DNA of 64,000 nt from an uncultured Clostridia bacterium (GCA_947313885.1 CAMZNU010000005.1:14025-78024), one strand, 5' to 3'; positions 47,531 to 56,820 are shown, counted from the stretch's first letter. Notes: generated by a model not told the origin, from the sequence alone. Numbers and translations are program-made.

Positions 47531-47570
47531 AAAAAACAACTTATGACAATTGTTATAAGTTGTTTTTTTG
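47531..47570. terminator. bidirectional rho-independent terminator
   Basis: stem AACAACTTATgACA / TGTtATAAGTTGTT flanked by an A-run and a T-run; lies between convergent rnpB and the SLT gene. Confidence 0.8.
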
Positions 47571-47573
47571 TTA

Positions 47574-48140
47574 TTAAATTTTATTATCTAATTGTTTTTT
47601 ATAGTCTAGAACTTTAGGTATGTAATTTTGAGTTTCTTGAAAAGGTGGGACACCGCCGTATTTATCTACGTTACCAGGACCTGCATTGTAGCTAGCAAGG
47701 GCTAAAGTTTCGTCGCCAGAGAATCTTTCAAGAAGTTCGCTTAAATATTTAGTACCACCATTTATATTTTCGTTAATAGAATATGGGTTAGAAACATTTA
47801 AATAAGTTGCGGTATCAGGCATAAGTTGCATAAGTCCCATAGCACCGACAGGTGAAGTTGCGTTAGGGTCAAAATTACTTTCTTGTTTAATGACAGCACT
47901 AATCAAATTAGAATCAACATTATATTTAATAGATGCATCATTAATTATATTATCAATAGCAACTTGTATATTAGAATTATCATTAGGAATTTTAGCCATG
48001 TCATTAATAGAGTTATCCTCAATAGAATCTAAAACATTTTTAAAATTGTTGTTAGAGTAGGAATAATCATTAATTTGTATAGGTAATTTAGTTTGAATAT
48101 TAGATAAAATTTCATTATAAAGTGAATCAGTAGTAATCAT
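47574..48140 (-). CDS. lytic transglycosylase (SLT domain)
   Basis: IKQESNF...AMGLMQLMP...YNAGPG motifs; AAGGAGG RBS. Confidence 0.88.
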   Translation of the reverse strand: MITTDSLYNEILSNIQTKLPIQINDYSYSNNNFKNVLDSIEDNSINDMAKIPNDNSNIQVAIDNIINDASIKYNVDSNLISAVIKQESNFDPNATSPVGAMGLMQLMPDTATYLNVSNPYSINENINGGTKYLSELLERFSGDETLALASYNAGPGNVDKYGGVPPFQETQNYIPKVLDYKKQLDNKI

Positions 48141-48296
48141 AAAATGCCTCCTTATATATTATTTCAATTAAAAATATAATAACATATAAAAAGAAGTTTA
48201 CAAAATATTTTTTTGTATGTTATTATATAAGAGAAAGAGTTAGTATTAACAATAAAAGAGGTAAATATGAAAAATTTTTTTTAAAAAAGATTCGCT

Positions 48297-49025
48297 ATGG
48301 TGATAATGATAATATTCATTATGATGGTGTTAGGAACAACGGCAATAAATGATACAGAAAAGGAAATACAAAAATATGCAGAATCAGAATCGGATGTAAT
48401 ATTGTTAAATTTTACGCGCATAGAAGAATTAAAAGAGTCTTTTAAGGATGAGTTAAAAGCTACGATGACAGTACGTGTATTAAAACATAAGGATGGTAAA
48501 AGACAATTAGAGGTAGGTATAGGTGTATTAATAGGCGAAGATGAAAATAGTTTATATTTAGCAATTAGCAAAAATGTTTTAAAGGACAGTATGTATATAG
48601 AGGTTATTGTAGAAAGTGGATTGTATGTAAATGCTAGCAAGGAAGTTATATTAAGTGAAAAAAAATCAAGCTTTGATGTTTTAGTTTTAGATAAAAAAAG
48701 GGTAACACTAAATTATTTAGAAAACCTAAAAGTATTAGAGATAAAAAACAAAGAAGATGCTAGTTTAAATTTAGATATAATATTAATTAAAAGTGGAGAA
48801 GGGGATAGTATTGAACTTATAGAATCAAAAATAACTAATATTGAAAAAAATGAAGATAGGATAGTATATTATAAAATTGCAAAAAATAATAAGCTAGATA
48901 CTACATATATGGCATTTAATAAAAATGGTGAAATGATAGGAGTACTAGAGGATGATAATGAAGACAAAAAAATTATTCCGATAAAAGAAATAGTATATTA
49001 TTACAATGATGTATTAAGAGATTAG
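48297..49025 (+). CDS. hypothetical exported protein; the ORF as tracked lacks an RBS, and a better start at 48267 is cut off by an in-frame TAA
   Basis: N-terminal hydrophobic helix; see the finding on 48267-48299. Confidence 0.55.
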   Translation: MVIMIIFIMMVLGTTAINDTEKEIQKYAESESDVILLNFTRIEELKESFKDELKATMTVRVLKHKDGKRQLEVGIGVLIGEDENSLYLAISKNVLKDSMYIEVIVESGLYVNASKEVILSEKKSSFDVLVLDKKRVTLNYLENLKVLEIKNKEDASLNLDIILIKSGEGDSIELIESKITNIEKNEDRIVYYKIAKNNKLDTTYMAFNKNGEMIGVLEDDNEDKKIIPIKEIVYYYNDVLRD

Positions 49026-49128
49026 AATATTGCCGATTATGTAGAAGAGGTTTTTAAAAATGGGTGTTTGGCAATTATAATTAAAGGAAAGCAGTAATGA
49101 ATAAATATAATGATAAGAATGGGGCATT

Positions 49129-51495
49129 ATGAGTATAAAAAGTTTAAAAACATTAGAGTATGATAAAATAATAAAAATGTTAGAAGATAAGGCAAAATTT
49201 TCTTTAGGAAAAGAGATGGTGCGAAAATTACAACCGCATACAGATGTAGGTAAAATTAAAGTAGAGCAAGAAGAAACAGGTGAAGCAGTTTCTTTAATAA
49301 TACAAAAAGGTAGTTTGCCACTAGGTGGTATTAGTGATATAAACAAAAGTTTAAAAAGAGTTTCTATAGATGGCGTATTATCAGTTGAGGAACTTATACA
49401 GGTAAGTGATTTTTTGTATGTAACTAATAAAGTAATGAATTATAGCAATAACATAGATAGAAAGATAAGAAATGAAAGATTAGAAAAAATATTTTCAAAT
49501 ATACAAGTAGTGGAAGAGTTAGAAAAAGAAATAAATAACTGTATAGATGGTGATAAAGGAGTAAAAGATAATGCAAGTCGTGAATTATCTTTTATAAGAA
49601 AAAGTATAAAGTCAACGAATGATAGAATAAGAGAAAAGTTAGGAAATGTATTAAATGCAACAGCAAATAAGGATTTGCTACAAGAGAGTGTAGTAACTAT
49701 AAGAAATGATAGATATTGTGTACCTATAAAACAAGAGTATAGAAACAAATTTAAAGGAATGGTTCATGATCAATCATCAACAGGGGCAACGGTATTTATA
49801 GAACCTATGCAAGTTGTTGAATATAATAATAAAATAAAAGAATTAAAATTAGCAGAGATAAAAGAAATAGAAAAAATATTAAGGAGACTATCGTGTCTTG
49901 TAAAAGAAAATGTAGTACAACTAAAAAACAATTTAGAAGTGCTAACAAAATTAGATTTTATATTTGCGAAGGGTGAGTTAGCCTTGGAGCAAAATGCAAC
50001 AAAACCAATATTAAATGAAAATAAGTATATATATTTAAAAAATGCAAGACATCCGTTATTGCCAGAAAAAGAGGCGGTAAAAAATGATATATATTTAGGT
50101 GATGAATTTAAAACGTTATTAATAACAGGACCTAATACAGGTGGTAAAACGGTAACTTTAAAAACTATAGGATTAGCGGTATTAATGGCACAAAGTGGAT
50201 TGCACGTTGTAGCTAGTCATAATTCAGAAGTTGGAGTGTTTGATAATGTATTTGCAGATATAGGGGATGAGCAAAGTATAGAACAAAATTTAAGTACATT
50301 TTCATCACACATGACAAATATAGTCAATATAATTGATAATGTAACGAATGATTCTTTAGTATTATTTGATGAATTAGGAGCGGGTACAGATCCGTTAGAA
50401 GGTGCTAATTTAGCTATAGCAATAATTGAATATTTAAGCGGAATAGATGTTACATTATGTGTAACGACACATTATAGTGAGCTTAAAGTATTTGCGGTAA
50501 AAACAAAAGGTGTAGAAAATGCATCATGTGAATTTAACATAGAGACATTAACGCCGACGTACAAGCTTTTAATGGGAGTGCCAGGAAAAAGTAATGCATT
50601 TGAAATATCAAAGAGATTAGGGTTACCGGATTTTATAATAAATAATGGTAGAAGTAAGTTAAATGAAAAAGATATTAAGTTTGAAGATGTAATAACGGAA
50701 ATAGAGATGAGTAAAAAAGCTATGATGTTAGAAGAAGAAAAAATGAGGAAGTTAAAAGAAGAAGCAAAACAAATAAAAGAGAAGTATGAAGAGGAACAAC
50801 TAAAAATTGAACAAAATAAAATAAAAATAATAAATGAGGCGAAAGTGGAAAGTCGTAGAATAACGAAGTTGGCCAAAAGTGAAGCGGATAGATTAGTAAA
50901 AGAGTTAAAGGATAAATATAATAACAAAGGAACAGTAAAAGAGTTAGATAAAGTACGGCAAGAAATACAAAGTAATTTATCTAAATATAATGTAGGGATA
51001 GAAAATTTAAATAAACCGAATAAATTTAACAAAGAAGTACCAAAAGAAATAAACATAGGAGATGAAGTATTTATAACAAGTTTAAATACAAATGGTATAG
51101 CTTTAACAAAAATTGGGAATAATGAAGAAGTATTAATACAAGCTGGTATAATAAAAATGAAGATGCATATAAGTAATTTAGTGCTTAAAAATGAAAAGAA
51201 AAAAAATAAACCCAAAGTGCAAAAAAGAAGTAAGATAGGAAAAGCAAATAGCATTTCAACAGAGTTGGACATAAGAGGTTCGTTAGTGTTGGAAGGGATT
51301 GAGTTAGTAGATAAATATTTAGATGATGCAGCATTATCTAATATAAACACAATAACGATAATTCATGGAAAAGGAACAGGTATGTTAAGAAAAGGGGTTC
51401 ATAGCCATTTAAAAAACCATCCTTTAGTGGAATCATTTAGGAAGGGTGAGTTTGGAGAAGGTGATGATGGAGTTACAATAATACAATTAAAATAG
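49129..51495 (+). CDS. mutS2: endonuclease MutS2 (MutS domain plus C-terminal Smr)
   Basis: Walker A GPNTGGKT, DELGAGTDP, C-terminal Smr (IIHGKGTGMLR). Confidence 0.93.
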   Translation: MSIKSLKTLEYDKIIKMLEDKAKFSLGKEMVRKLQPHTDVGKIKVEQEETGEAVSLIIQKGSLPLGGISDINKSLKRVSIDGVLSVEELIQVSDFLYVTNKVMNYSNNIDRKIRNERLEKIFSNIQVVEELEKEINNCIDGDKGVKDNASRELSFIRKSIKSTNDRIREKLGNVLNATANKDLLQESVVTIRNDRYCVPIKQEYRNKFKGMVHDQSSTGATVFIEPMQVVEYNNKIKELKLAEIKEIEKILRRLSCLVKENVVQLKNNLEVLTKLDFIFAKGELALEQNATKPILNENKYIYLKNARHPLLPEKEAVKNDIYLGDEFKTLLITGPNTGGKTVTLKTIGLAVLMAQSGLHVVASHNSEVGVFDNVFADIGDEQSIEQNLSTFSSHMTNIVNIIDNVTNDSLVLFDELGAGTDPLEGANLAIAIIEYLSGIDVTLCVTTHYSELKVFAVKTKGVENASCEFNIETLTPTYKLLMGVPGKSNAFEISKRLGLPDFIINNGRSKLNEKDIKFEDVITEIEMSKKAMMLEEEKMRKLKEEAKQIKEKYEEEQLKIEQNKIKIINEAKVESRRITKLAKSEADRLVKELKDKYNNKGTVKELDKVRQEIQSNLSKYNVGIENLNKPNKFNKEVPKEINIGDEVFITSLNTNGIALTKIGNNEEVLIQAGIIKMKMHISNLVLKNEKKKNKPKVQKRSKIGKANSISTELDIRGSLVLEGIELVDKYLDDAALSNINTITIIHGKGTGMLRKGVHSHLKNHPLVESFRKGEFGEGDDGVTIIQLK

Positions 51496-51545
51496 TGAAT
51501 AGAAGTTATAGAAATTGGAAAATATAGTAGTGAAAAAGGGAGAAT

Positions 51546-52472
51546 ATGGTGAGTGAGGAAAATAAAAAAACAGATTTAAATATACCGAAAACAAATAAAA
51601 AGAGGAAAAAGAAAAGTGAAAAATCATTTTCATATAAGAAAGCGATTGTAGTGACAATAATAGGTATATCGAGTTATATGGGGGGAGTATATGCAGGTAG
51701 TAATGGAAGTAGTATAGTAATGATAATTGACAGTGACGGTTTTAAGTTCACAGAAAAAGTAGAAAATAATCAACAATTAAATGAAGGAATTGTACAGGTA
51801 AATGGCGAAAGAAAAAACATATCAGTAGCGGACATAATAGAAGAAATAGCTAAGTCAGTAGTAAATATAAGAACTAAAACTAAAGCAGATGAAAGTAGTT
51901 ATCTATTTATAGAGAATGGCGGTGTAGGTTCTGGCGTAATAGTTGCAGAAACAAAAAGCAAAGTATTTATATTAACGAATTCCCATGTGGTGTCGGGAAT
52001 GGAGGAAATAGAAGTTGCAATTGATGATTATTTATATTTAAAAGCCAAAATAGCAGGGACGAATAAAATAAATGATATAGGCGTAGTGTATATAGAGAAG
52101 TCGAAAATTCCAAAGGACTATGAGGCTTCGTATGCTGTGGCAGTTACAGGCAACTCAGATGATTTAAGAATGGGTGAAGAGGTATTAGCGATTGGAAATT
52201 CATTAGGAAGGGGAAAAACAGTTAGTAGTGGATTGATAGGTAGCTTAAACCGAAAATTAAATATGAATGATCCAAAGGGTATAACATATATTCAAACAAA
52301 TGCGTCAATAAATCCAGGAAGTAGTGGAGGTGGATTATTTAATTATAAAGGCGTATTAATAGGTATAAATACAGCTAAGTTGTCAGAAAAAGATGTAGAA
52401 GGCATGGGGTATGCTATACCTATAAATAGGGCAATGAAAATAGGTGAAAAAATAGTAAAGGAAAATAGTTAA
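51546..52472 (+). CDS. trypsin-like serine protease (S1C/HtrA-like, no PDZ), membrane-anchored
   Basis: catalytic TNSHV (His), NDIGV (Asp), GSSGGG (Ser); N-terminal TM helix. Confidence 0.85.
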   Translation: MVSEENKKTDLNIPKTNKKRKKKSEKSFSYKKAIVVTIIGISSYMGGVYAGSNGSSIVMIIDSDGFKFTEKVENNQQLNEGIVQVNGERKNISVADIIEEIAKSVVNIRTKTKADESSYLFIENGGVGSGVIVAETKSKVFILTNSHVVSGMEEIEVAIDDYLYLKAKIAGTNKINDIGVVYIEKSKIPKDYEASYAVAVTGNSDDLRMGEEVLAIGNSLGRGKTVSSGLIGSLNRKLNMNDPKGITYIQTNASINPGSSGGGLFNYKGVLIGINTAKLSEKDVEGMGYAIPINRAMKIGEKIVKENS

Positions 52473-52473
52473 C

Positions 52474-52510
52474 AAAAAAACGTCTATAAAATTTATAGGC
52501 GTTTTTTTGT
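52474..52510. terminator. rho-independent terminator (bidirectional by flanks)
   Basis: stem CGTCTATAAA / TTTATAGGCG flanked by A7 and T7. Confidence 0.8.
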
Positions 52511-52564
52511 TAAAAAAAAAAATTAAATAAAAACTATTTAGTTTTAAAATTATTATGGAATATA

Positions 52565-52948
52565 TTATTTACTTGCAATCATGTCAATTTCAACAAGTGA
52601 ATCAAGAGGAAGCCTAGAAACTTCGTAAGCTACACGAGCAGGATAGTTAGAAGTGAAAAATGTAGAATAAACATCATTCATAAGCGAAAAGTTATTCATA
52701 TCCGAAAGAAGGACAGTAACTTTAACGACATCATCAAAAGAAAAACCAGCTTCATGAAGAATAGCTTTAGCATTGTTTAGACATTGCTTAGTTTGTAGAG
52801 CAACGTCAGTAGAAGATATAAATTTATTAGTGGCAGGATCGATAGGTATTTGACCAGAGACATATAAAGTGTTTCCGATTAAATTACCTTGAGAATATGG
52901 ACCGATAGCACTTGGTGCATTGGTAGTATTAATTATTTTTTTCGTCAT
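52565..52948 (-). CDS. ridA: RidA/YjgF-family reactive-intermediate deaminase
   Basis: APSAIGPYSQ...GQIP...PARVAYEV motifs; 127 aa. Confidence 0.92.
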   Translation of the reverse strand: MTKKIINTTNAPSAIGPYSQGNLIGNTLYVSGQIPIDPATNKFISSTDVALQTKQCLNNAKAILHEAGFSFDDVVKVTVLLSDMNNFSLMNDVYSTFFTSNYPARVAYEVSRLPLDSLVEIDMIASK

Positions 52949-53083
52949 AGCAACCTCCGTAGTTTATAAAATATAATTTAAGTATAACAATGGTAAAAAA
53001 AAGTGTCAATAAATTACTAATGATATTTACAGTAAAAAAAAAAAAGAGTAAAATAAAGAAAATAAAAAAAAGAGGTGTATAAA

Positions 53084-53779
53084 ATGACAATAGGAATTTC
53101 TGTGGCGTTATTTTTATTATTATTAATAATATATATAGTAGTAATAGAGATATTTACAGCGTTGTTTAGAATAACAGGATTAACACAAGAGAAAGCAAAT
53201 TTTCAAGTTATATCATTATTAACGGGAGCAGGATTTACAACATTAGAAAGTGAAGTAGTAATGAATACTAAATTTAGAAGGAACATAGCGAAAGGTGCTA
53301 TGTTATTTGGGTATATGTTTTCGGTATTTTTAGCGGGTACGATAATAAGTATGTTATCAAAAATGTCAACGAATGAAGTTAACAATATGTATGGAGCAAT
53401 AGGTATATTAATGGCGATAGGAGCAATAATATATTTTGCAATTAAAATGAAGTGGATAAAAAGATTATTGGATAAATGGGTACAAAGTATAGTAGAGAAA
53501 CTTTATTTAAAAAAGAGTAAAAAAAATCCATACTACATATTAGAAAGTTATGGGAAAATGGTAATATGCGAATTGTTAGTAACAGAAGTACCAGAAAAAA
53601 TAAAAGGGAAAACAATAATAGAAAGTAAAGTAAAAGAGGAATATGGATTATCTTACGTAACGATCGTTAGAAAAAATGAAAGTATAGAAATATCACCATT
53701 TAAGGATATTGTAAAACTAAATGACAAATTAGTGATACACGGCAAAATAGGAAAAATAAATAAATTATTTCGAAGTTAG
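53084..53779 (+). CDS. membrane protein with C-terminal TrkA-C (RCK_C)-like domain
   Basis: three or four TM helices followed by a ~70-aa soluble domain (ELLVTE...GKTIIES...IVRKNE...VIHG) resembling TrkA-C; start at the ATG after AGAGGTG. Confidence 0.5.
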   Translation: MTIGISVALFLLLLIIYIVVIEIFTALFRITGLTQEKANFQVISLLTGAGFTTLESEVVMNTKFRRNIAKGAMLFGYMFSVFLAGTIISMLSKMSTNEVNNMYGAIGILMAIGAIIYFAIKMKWIKRLLDKWVQSIVEKLYLKKSKKNPYYILESYGKMVICELLVTEVPEKIKGKTIIESKVKEEYGLSYVTIVRKNESIEISPFKDIVKLNDKLVIHGKIGKINKLFRS

Positions 53780-53788
53780 AGGAGTGAG

Positions 53789-54508
53789 ATGGATAAAAAA
53801 GAAGAGGATATGTATAACCCGATACAAAGATTTTTTAAGAAAAAAGGGTATATAGCATATGGAGAAGTACAGCAGTTAGATGTGGTATGTATAAATGAAA
53901 AAGATACAGAAGATTTAATAGTTATAGAGATGAAAAAAAATTTAACGATGAAATTATTAAGTCAAGGAGTGTTAGGAAAAAAAATAACAGAAAAAGTATA
54001 CATAGCATATTATAAGCCTAATAAATTTACATTAAAAAAGAGAAGAGAAGCTTTAAGAATATGCAAAGGGTTAGGATTAGGGGTAATAGTAGTTAAAAAC
54101 AATAGAGTGGAAATACTATTAGAGCCTAAAAAAATAAATGGTATAAACATTAAAAAGAGAAAAAAAATATTAAACGAAATAAAAGGGATAAAAGTGAATA
54201 TAAATATTGGTGGTTGTAGAGGGCGAAAAATAAATACGGCATTTAGAGAGAAGAATATATTTATAGGTTGTTGTTTAGAGAAGATAGGGGAAGGAAAAGG
54301 GATAGAATTAATAAAAAGGTTTGGGACGCCAAAAGAAAGTACGTCGATAATGTATAGAAATATATACGGATGGTACGACAATGTTGATAGAGGCATATAT
54401 ACTTTAAATAAAAAGGGTATAGAGGAACTAAGAAATGAAGAATTTAAGGAAGTATATAATTTTTATAAGGGGAAGGTTGAGAAATATGACGTACATAATA
54501 GTAATTAG
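53789..54508 (+). CDS. hypothetical protein with N-terminal PD-(D/E)xK-nuclease-like motif
   Basis: GEV...LDVVCI...LIVIEMK matches the E...D...ExK restriction-endonuclease-fold pattern; the C-terminal half may be a wHTH; weak by-eye call. Confidence 0.4.
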   Translation: MDKKEEDMYNPIQRFFKKKGYIAYGEVQQLDVVCINEKDTEDLIVIEMKKNLTMKLLSQGVLGKKITEKVYIAYYKPNKFTLKKRREALRICKGLGLGVIVVKNNRVEILLEPKKINGINIKKRKKILNEIKGIKVNINIGGCRGRKINTAFREKNIFIGCCLEKIGEGKGIELIKRFGTPKESTSIMYRNIYGWYDNVDRGIYTLNKKGIEELRNEEFKEVYNFYKGKVEKYDVHNSN

Positions 54509-54923
54509 TGTAGTAATAATTTTAGATGCAATAAGTAAGATAAAAATAAATAATAGTTTAGATGTCGGTGAAGAAAGAGGTAATGGTAAAATAAGATTAA
54601 AGCATATAAAAAATGGCGGTGGTTATAATGGTTTTTTAGAAAACAAAAAAGGGATGTTATTTATTTTAAGTGTAATGACAATATATTTATTTATAACATC
54701 TATGATAAATGATAAATATAGTAGGAGTGAAAAAATTGGCATGTCATTAGTAATAGGTGGTGGAATAAGCAATATATATGAGAGAATGATTAAAAATGAA
54801 GTAACGGATTTTATTAAAATTGTAAGTAGTGGAAAAAAAATACCGATTTTTAATATAGCGGATATAAGTATATTTATAGGAATTATAGTTATAATGATTA
54901 GTGGGAAGAAAGGAAGAAAATAA
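54486..54923 (+). CDS. lspA: lipoprotein signal peptidase II
   Basis: DAISK, NGGGYNGF, VTDFI...FNIADISIFIG motifs; four TM helices; start moved to MTYIIVIS. Confidence 0.75.
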   Translation: MTYIIVISVVIILDAISKIKINNSLDVGEERGNGKIRLKHIKNGGGYNGFLENKKGMLFILSVMTIYLFITSMINDKYSRSEKIGMSLVIGGGISNIYERMIKNEVTDFIKIVSSGKKIPIFNIADISIFIGIIVIMISGKKGRK

Positions 54924-54932
54924 AAATAGTCA

Positions 54933-54961
54933 TTGCAAAATATAAAAAGATACTATAAAAT
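54933..54961 (+). promoter_or_regulatory. sigmaA-type promoter of the aspartate kinase leader
   Basis: TTGCAA, 17 nt, TAAAAT. Confidence 0.55.
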
Positions 54962-54967
54962 TAAATT

Positions 54968-55140
54968 AATCTAAATAGAAGGTACACATATGAACCTACA
55001 TTTATAAATAGGGAATCTTATAAAACAGTTCAATACATCAGGCCTTAAGATAATTCCTGATTAGGCGAAGGAAGTTGGAAAGGCTGTGTGCGGATACCCA
55101 CCTAGCAAAAGCTAGGCTCAATTGTACCCTATATAGATTA
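54968..55140 (+). promoter_or_regulatory. structured 5' leader (candidate riboswitch or attenuator, class not assigned)
   Basis: several stems plus mutually exclusive pairings with the terminator at 55141-55176; see finding. Confidence 0.55.
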
Positions 55141-55176
55141 GCTTTATCTTATTTATAAGATAAAGCATTTTTTTTT
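55141..55176 (+). terminator. leader (attenuator) terminator upstream of aspartate kinase
   Basis: GCUUUAUCUUAU / AUAAGAUAAAGC stem followed by U9, 60 nt before the start codon. Confidence 0.85.
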
Positions 55177-55237
55177 GTGTCCAAAAAAAAAAAAAAGCAT
55201 ATTATTAAATATAAAGTAATAAGAGGGGGAAACAATT

Positions 55238-56437
55238 TTGTTAATAGTGCAAAAATTTGGAGGAAGTTCCCTTGCAAACAAAAACAGAGTATTTAATGTA
55301 GCTAAAAAAGTTGTAGGGCAATATAAAAAAGGTAATGATATAGTTGTAGTGTTATCGGCACAAGGAGATACTACAGATAATTTGATAGAAAAGGCTAAAG
55401 AACTGTCAGTTAATCCATCAAAAAGAGAACTAGATATGTTACTAGCAACGGGAGAACAGCAATCTGTTGCATTAATGGCAATAGCTATAGAGAGTTTAGG
55501 GTGTAAGGTAATTTCTTTAAATGGGGAGCAAGCTGGTATAAAAACGACAAAGGAATATAATAATAGTAAAATAGAAGAGGTTCAAAAAAATAGAATAGAA
55601 GAAGAATTAGGAAAAGGAAATATAGTAATAGTAACAGGATTTCAAGGAATTAATAGCATAGGTGATATAACTACGTTGGGAAGAGGTGGTTCAGATACTA
55701 CAGCAGTTGCTATAGCGGGGAGTTTAAAAGCGGACGTATGTGAAATATATACAGATGTTGCAGGAATATATACAGCAGACCCACGTATTGTAAAAAATGC
55801 AAAAAAGATAAACAGTATAGGTTATGACGATATGTTAGAATTTGCACTATCAGGGGCGACAGTGTTACACAACAGGGCAGTAGAAGTTGCAAGAAAAAAT
55901 GAAATAAAGTTGATAGTGAGATCAAGTTTTAAAAATGAAGAGGGAACGATGATTGGTGATGAAAAAGGAAGAGAAAAAAATGAAGTAAAGTATATAGCGA
56001 CGGATAAAAATGTAGCAAAAGTTACGATAGTGGGCTTAGAGAATAAGAAAAAAAGTATACAAGTATTTTATGATGAGTTATTTGAAAACGATATAAATAT
56101 AGAGAATATAAAAAAATCAGAAGAAAGAAGAGGGTTAGTAGAATTATCGTTTATAATATGTACAAGTGCGTTAGAGGATGTAGTAAATATTTTAGAGAGA
56201 AAAAAAGATGAGATAAAGTATAATAAATTGAATGTAGAAAAAAATATAGCTAAATTATCTGTAATGGGGAATAAAATAATAGGCAATCCAAAAACAGATA
56301 AAAAAATATATAAGGTATTAGACGAGATTGGTGGGGAAGGCTACGTTATAAATAGGTCTAAAATGAAATTAAGTTTAATAATAAATGAAAATAACGTAGA
56401 TGCTATAGCGAATATAGTACATGATATATTTTTTTAA
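55238..56437 (+). CDS. lysC: aspartate kinase (monofunctional, ACT domains)
   Basis: TTG start after GAGGGGGA; IVQKFGGSS, LGRGGSDTTA, TDVAGIYTADPR motifs. Confidence 0.92.
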   Translation: MLIVQKFGGSSLANKNRVFNVAKKVVGQYKKGNDIVVVLSAQGDTTDNLIEKAKELSVNPSKRELDMLLATGEQQSVALMAIAIESLGCKVISLNGEQAGIKTTKEYNNSKIEEVQKNRIEEELGKGNIVIVTGFQGINSIGDITTLGRGGSDTTAVAIAGSLKADVCEIYTDVAGIYTADPRIVKNAKKINSIGYDDMLEFALSGATVLHNRAVEVARKNEIKLIVRSSFKNEEGTMIGDEKGREKNEVKYIATDKNVAKVTIVGLENKKKSIQVFYDELFENDINIENIKKSEERRGLVELSFIICTSALEDVVNILERKKDEIKYNKLNVEKNIAKLSVMGNKIIGNPKTDKKIYKVLDEIGGEGYVINRSKMKLSLIINENNVDAIANIVHDIFF

Positions 56438-56577
56438 AAAATAAATAAATATGTATTTAAAGTGCAGTTATGAAGTTAAACATTTGAAAAAATGTTAATC
56501 ATAGTTGTACTTTAGTTTTATGTTTTTTTATACTGGAAAATAAAATTTGAAAAGATATATTGAACTAGTAATTAGAA

Positions 56578-56606
56578 TTGTCATTATAAAAATATTATGT
56601 TATAAT
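56578..56606 (+). promoter_or_regulatory. sigmaA-type promoter of the SCIFF precursor gene
   Basis: TTGTCA, 17 nt, TATAAT. Confidence 0.65.
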
Positions 56607-56633
56607 TAAAAATAAAACAGGAGGTCTTTCAAA

Positions 56634-56774
56634 ATGAAACATATAAAAACATTAAATACAGCAGTATTGCAAAATACTATAGCATCAGGAAATTGTGGCG
56701 AATGCCAAACTTCTTGTCAATCGGCATGTAAAACTTCATGTACAGTAGCAAACCAAGTATGCGAATCTAAATAA
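56634..56774 (+). CDS. scfA: SCIFF (six-cysteines-in-forty-five) ranthipeptide precursor, 46 aa
   Basis: MKHIKTLNTAVLQNTIASGNCGECQTSCQSACKTSCTVANQVCESK; six Cys in the GxCGECQTSCQSACKTSC core; AGGAGG RBS; not in the ORF track. Confidence 0.9.
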   Translation: MKHIKTLNTAVLQNTIASGNCGECQTSCQSACKTSCTVANQVCESK

Positions 56775-56778
56775 AAAT

Positions 56779-56820
56779 AAATAAAGGAGGGTTATCCCTT
56801 CTTTATTTATTTTTATTTTT
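56779..56820 (+). terminator. hairpin plus T-run between precursor and maturase (probable partial terminator)
   Basis: stem AAATAAAGGAGGG / CCCTTCTTTATTT followed by a T-rich tract. Confidence 0.65.

Noticed and set aside
54990-55007. 5-codon mini-ORF MNLHL with an AGAAGG RBS in the aspartate kinase leader, as a possible attenuation leader peptide
   Set aside because: It contains no Lys, Thr, Met or Ile regulatory codons and is very short. It ends next to the anti-antiterminator segment, so it is worth remembering, but there is no positive evidence that it is translated.
55037-55100. Resemblance of CCUGAUUAGGCGAAGGAAG / GUGUGCGG to TPP-riboswitch (CCUGAU...GCG.AGGGA) or SRP RNA (GGAAGGAAGCAGC...GUGUGCCG) motifs
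   Set aside because: The defining elements are missing: CUGAGA and the ACCC pairing for TPP, and the GGAA tetraloop hairpin with the AGCA symmetric loop for SRP. The gene context (aspartate kinase, leader terminator) fits neither.
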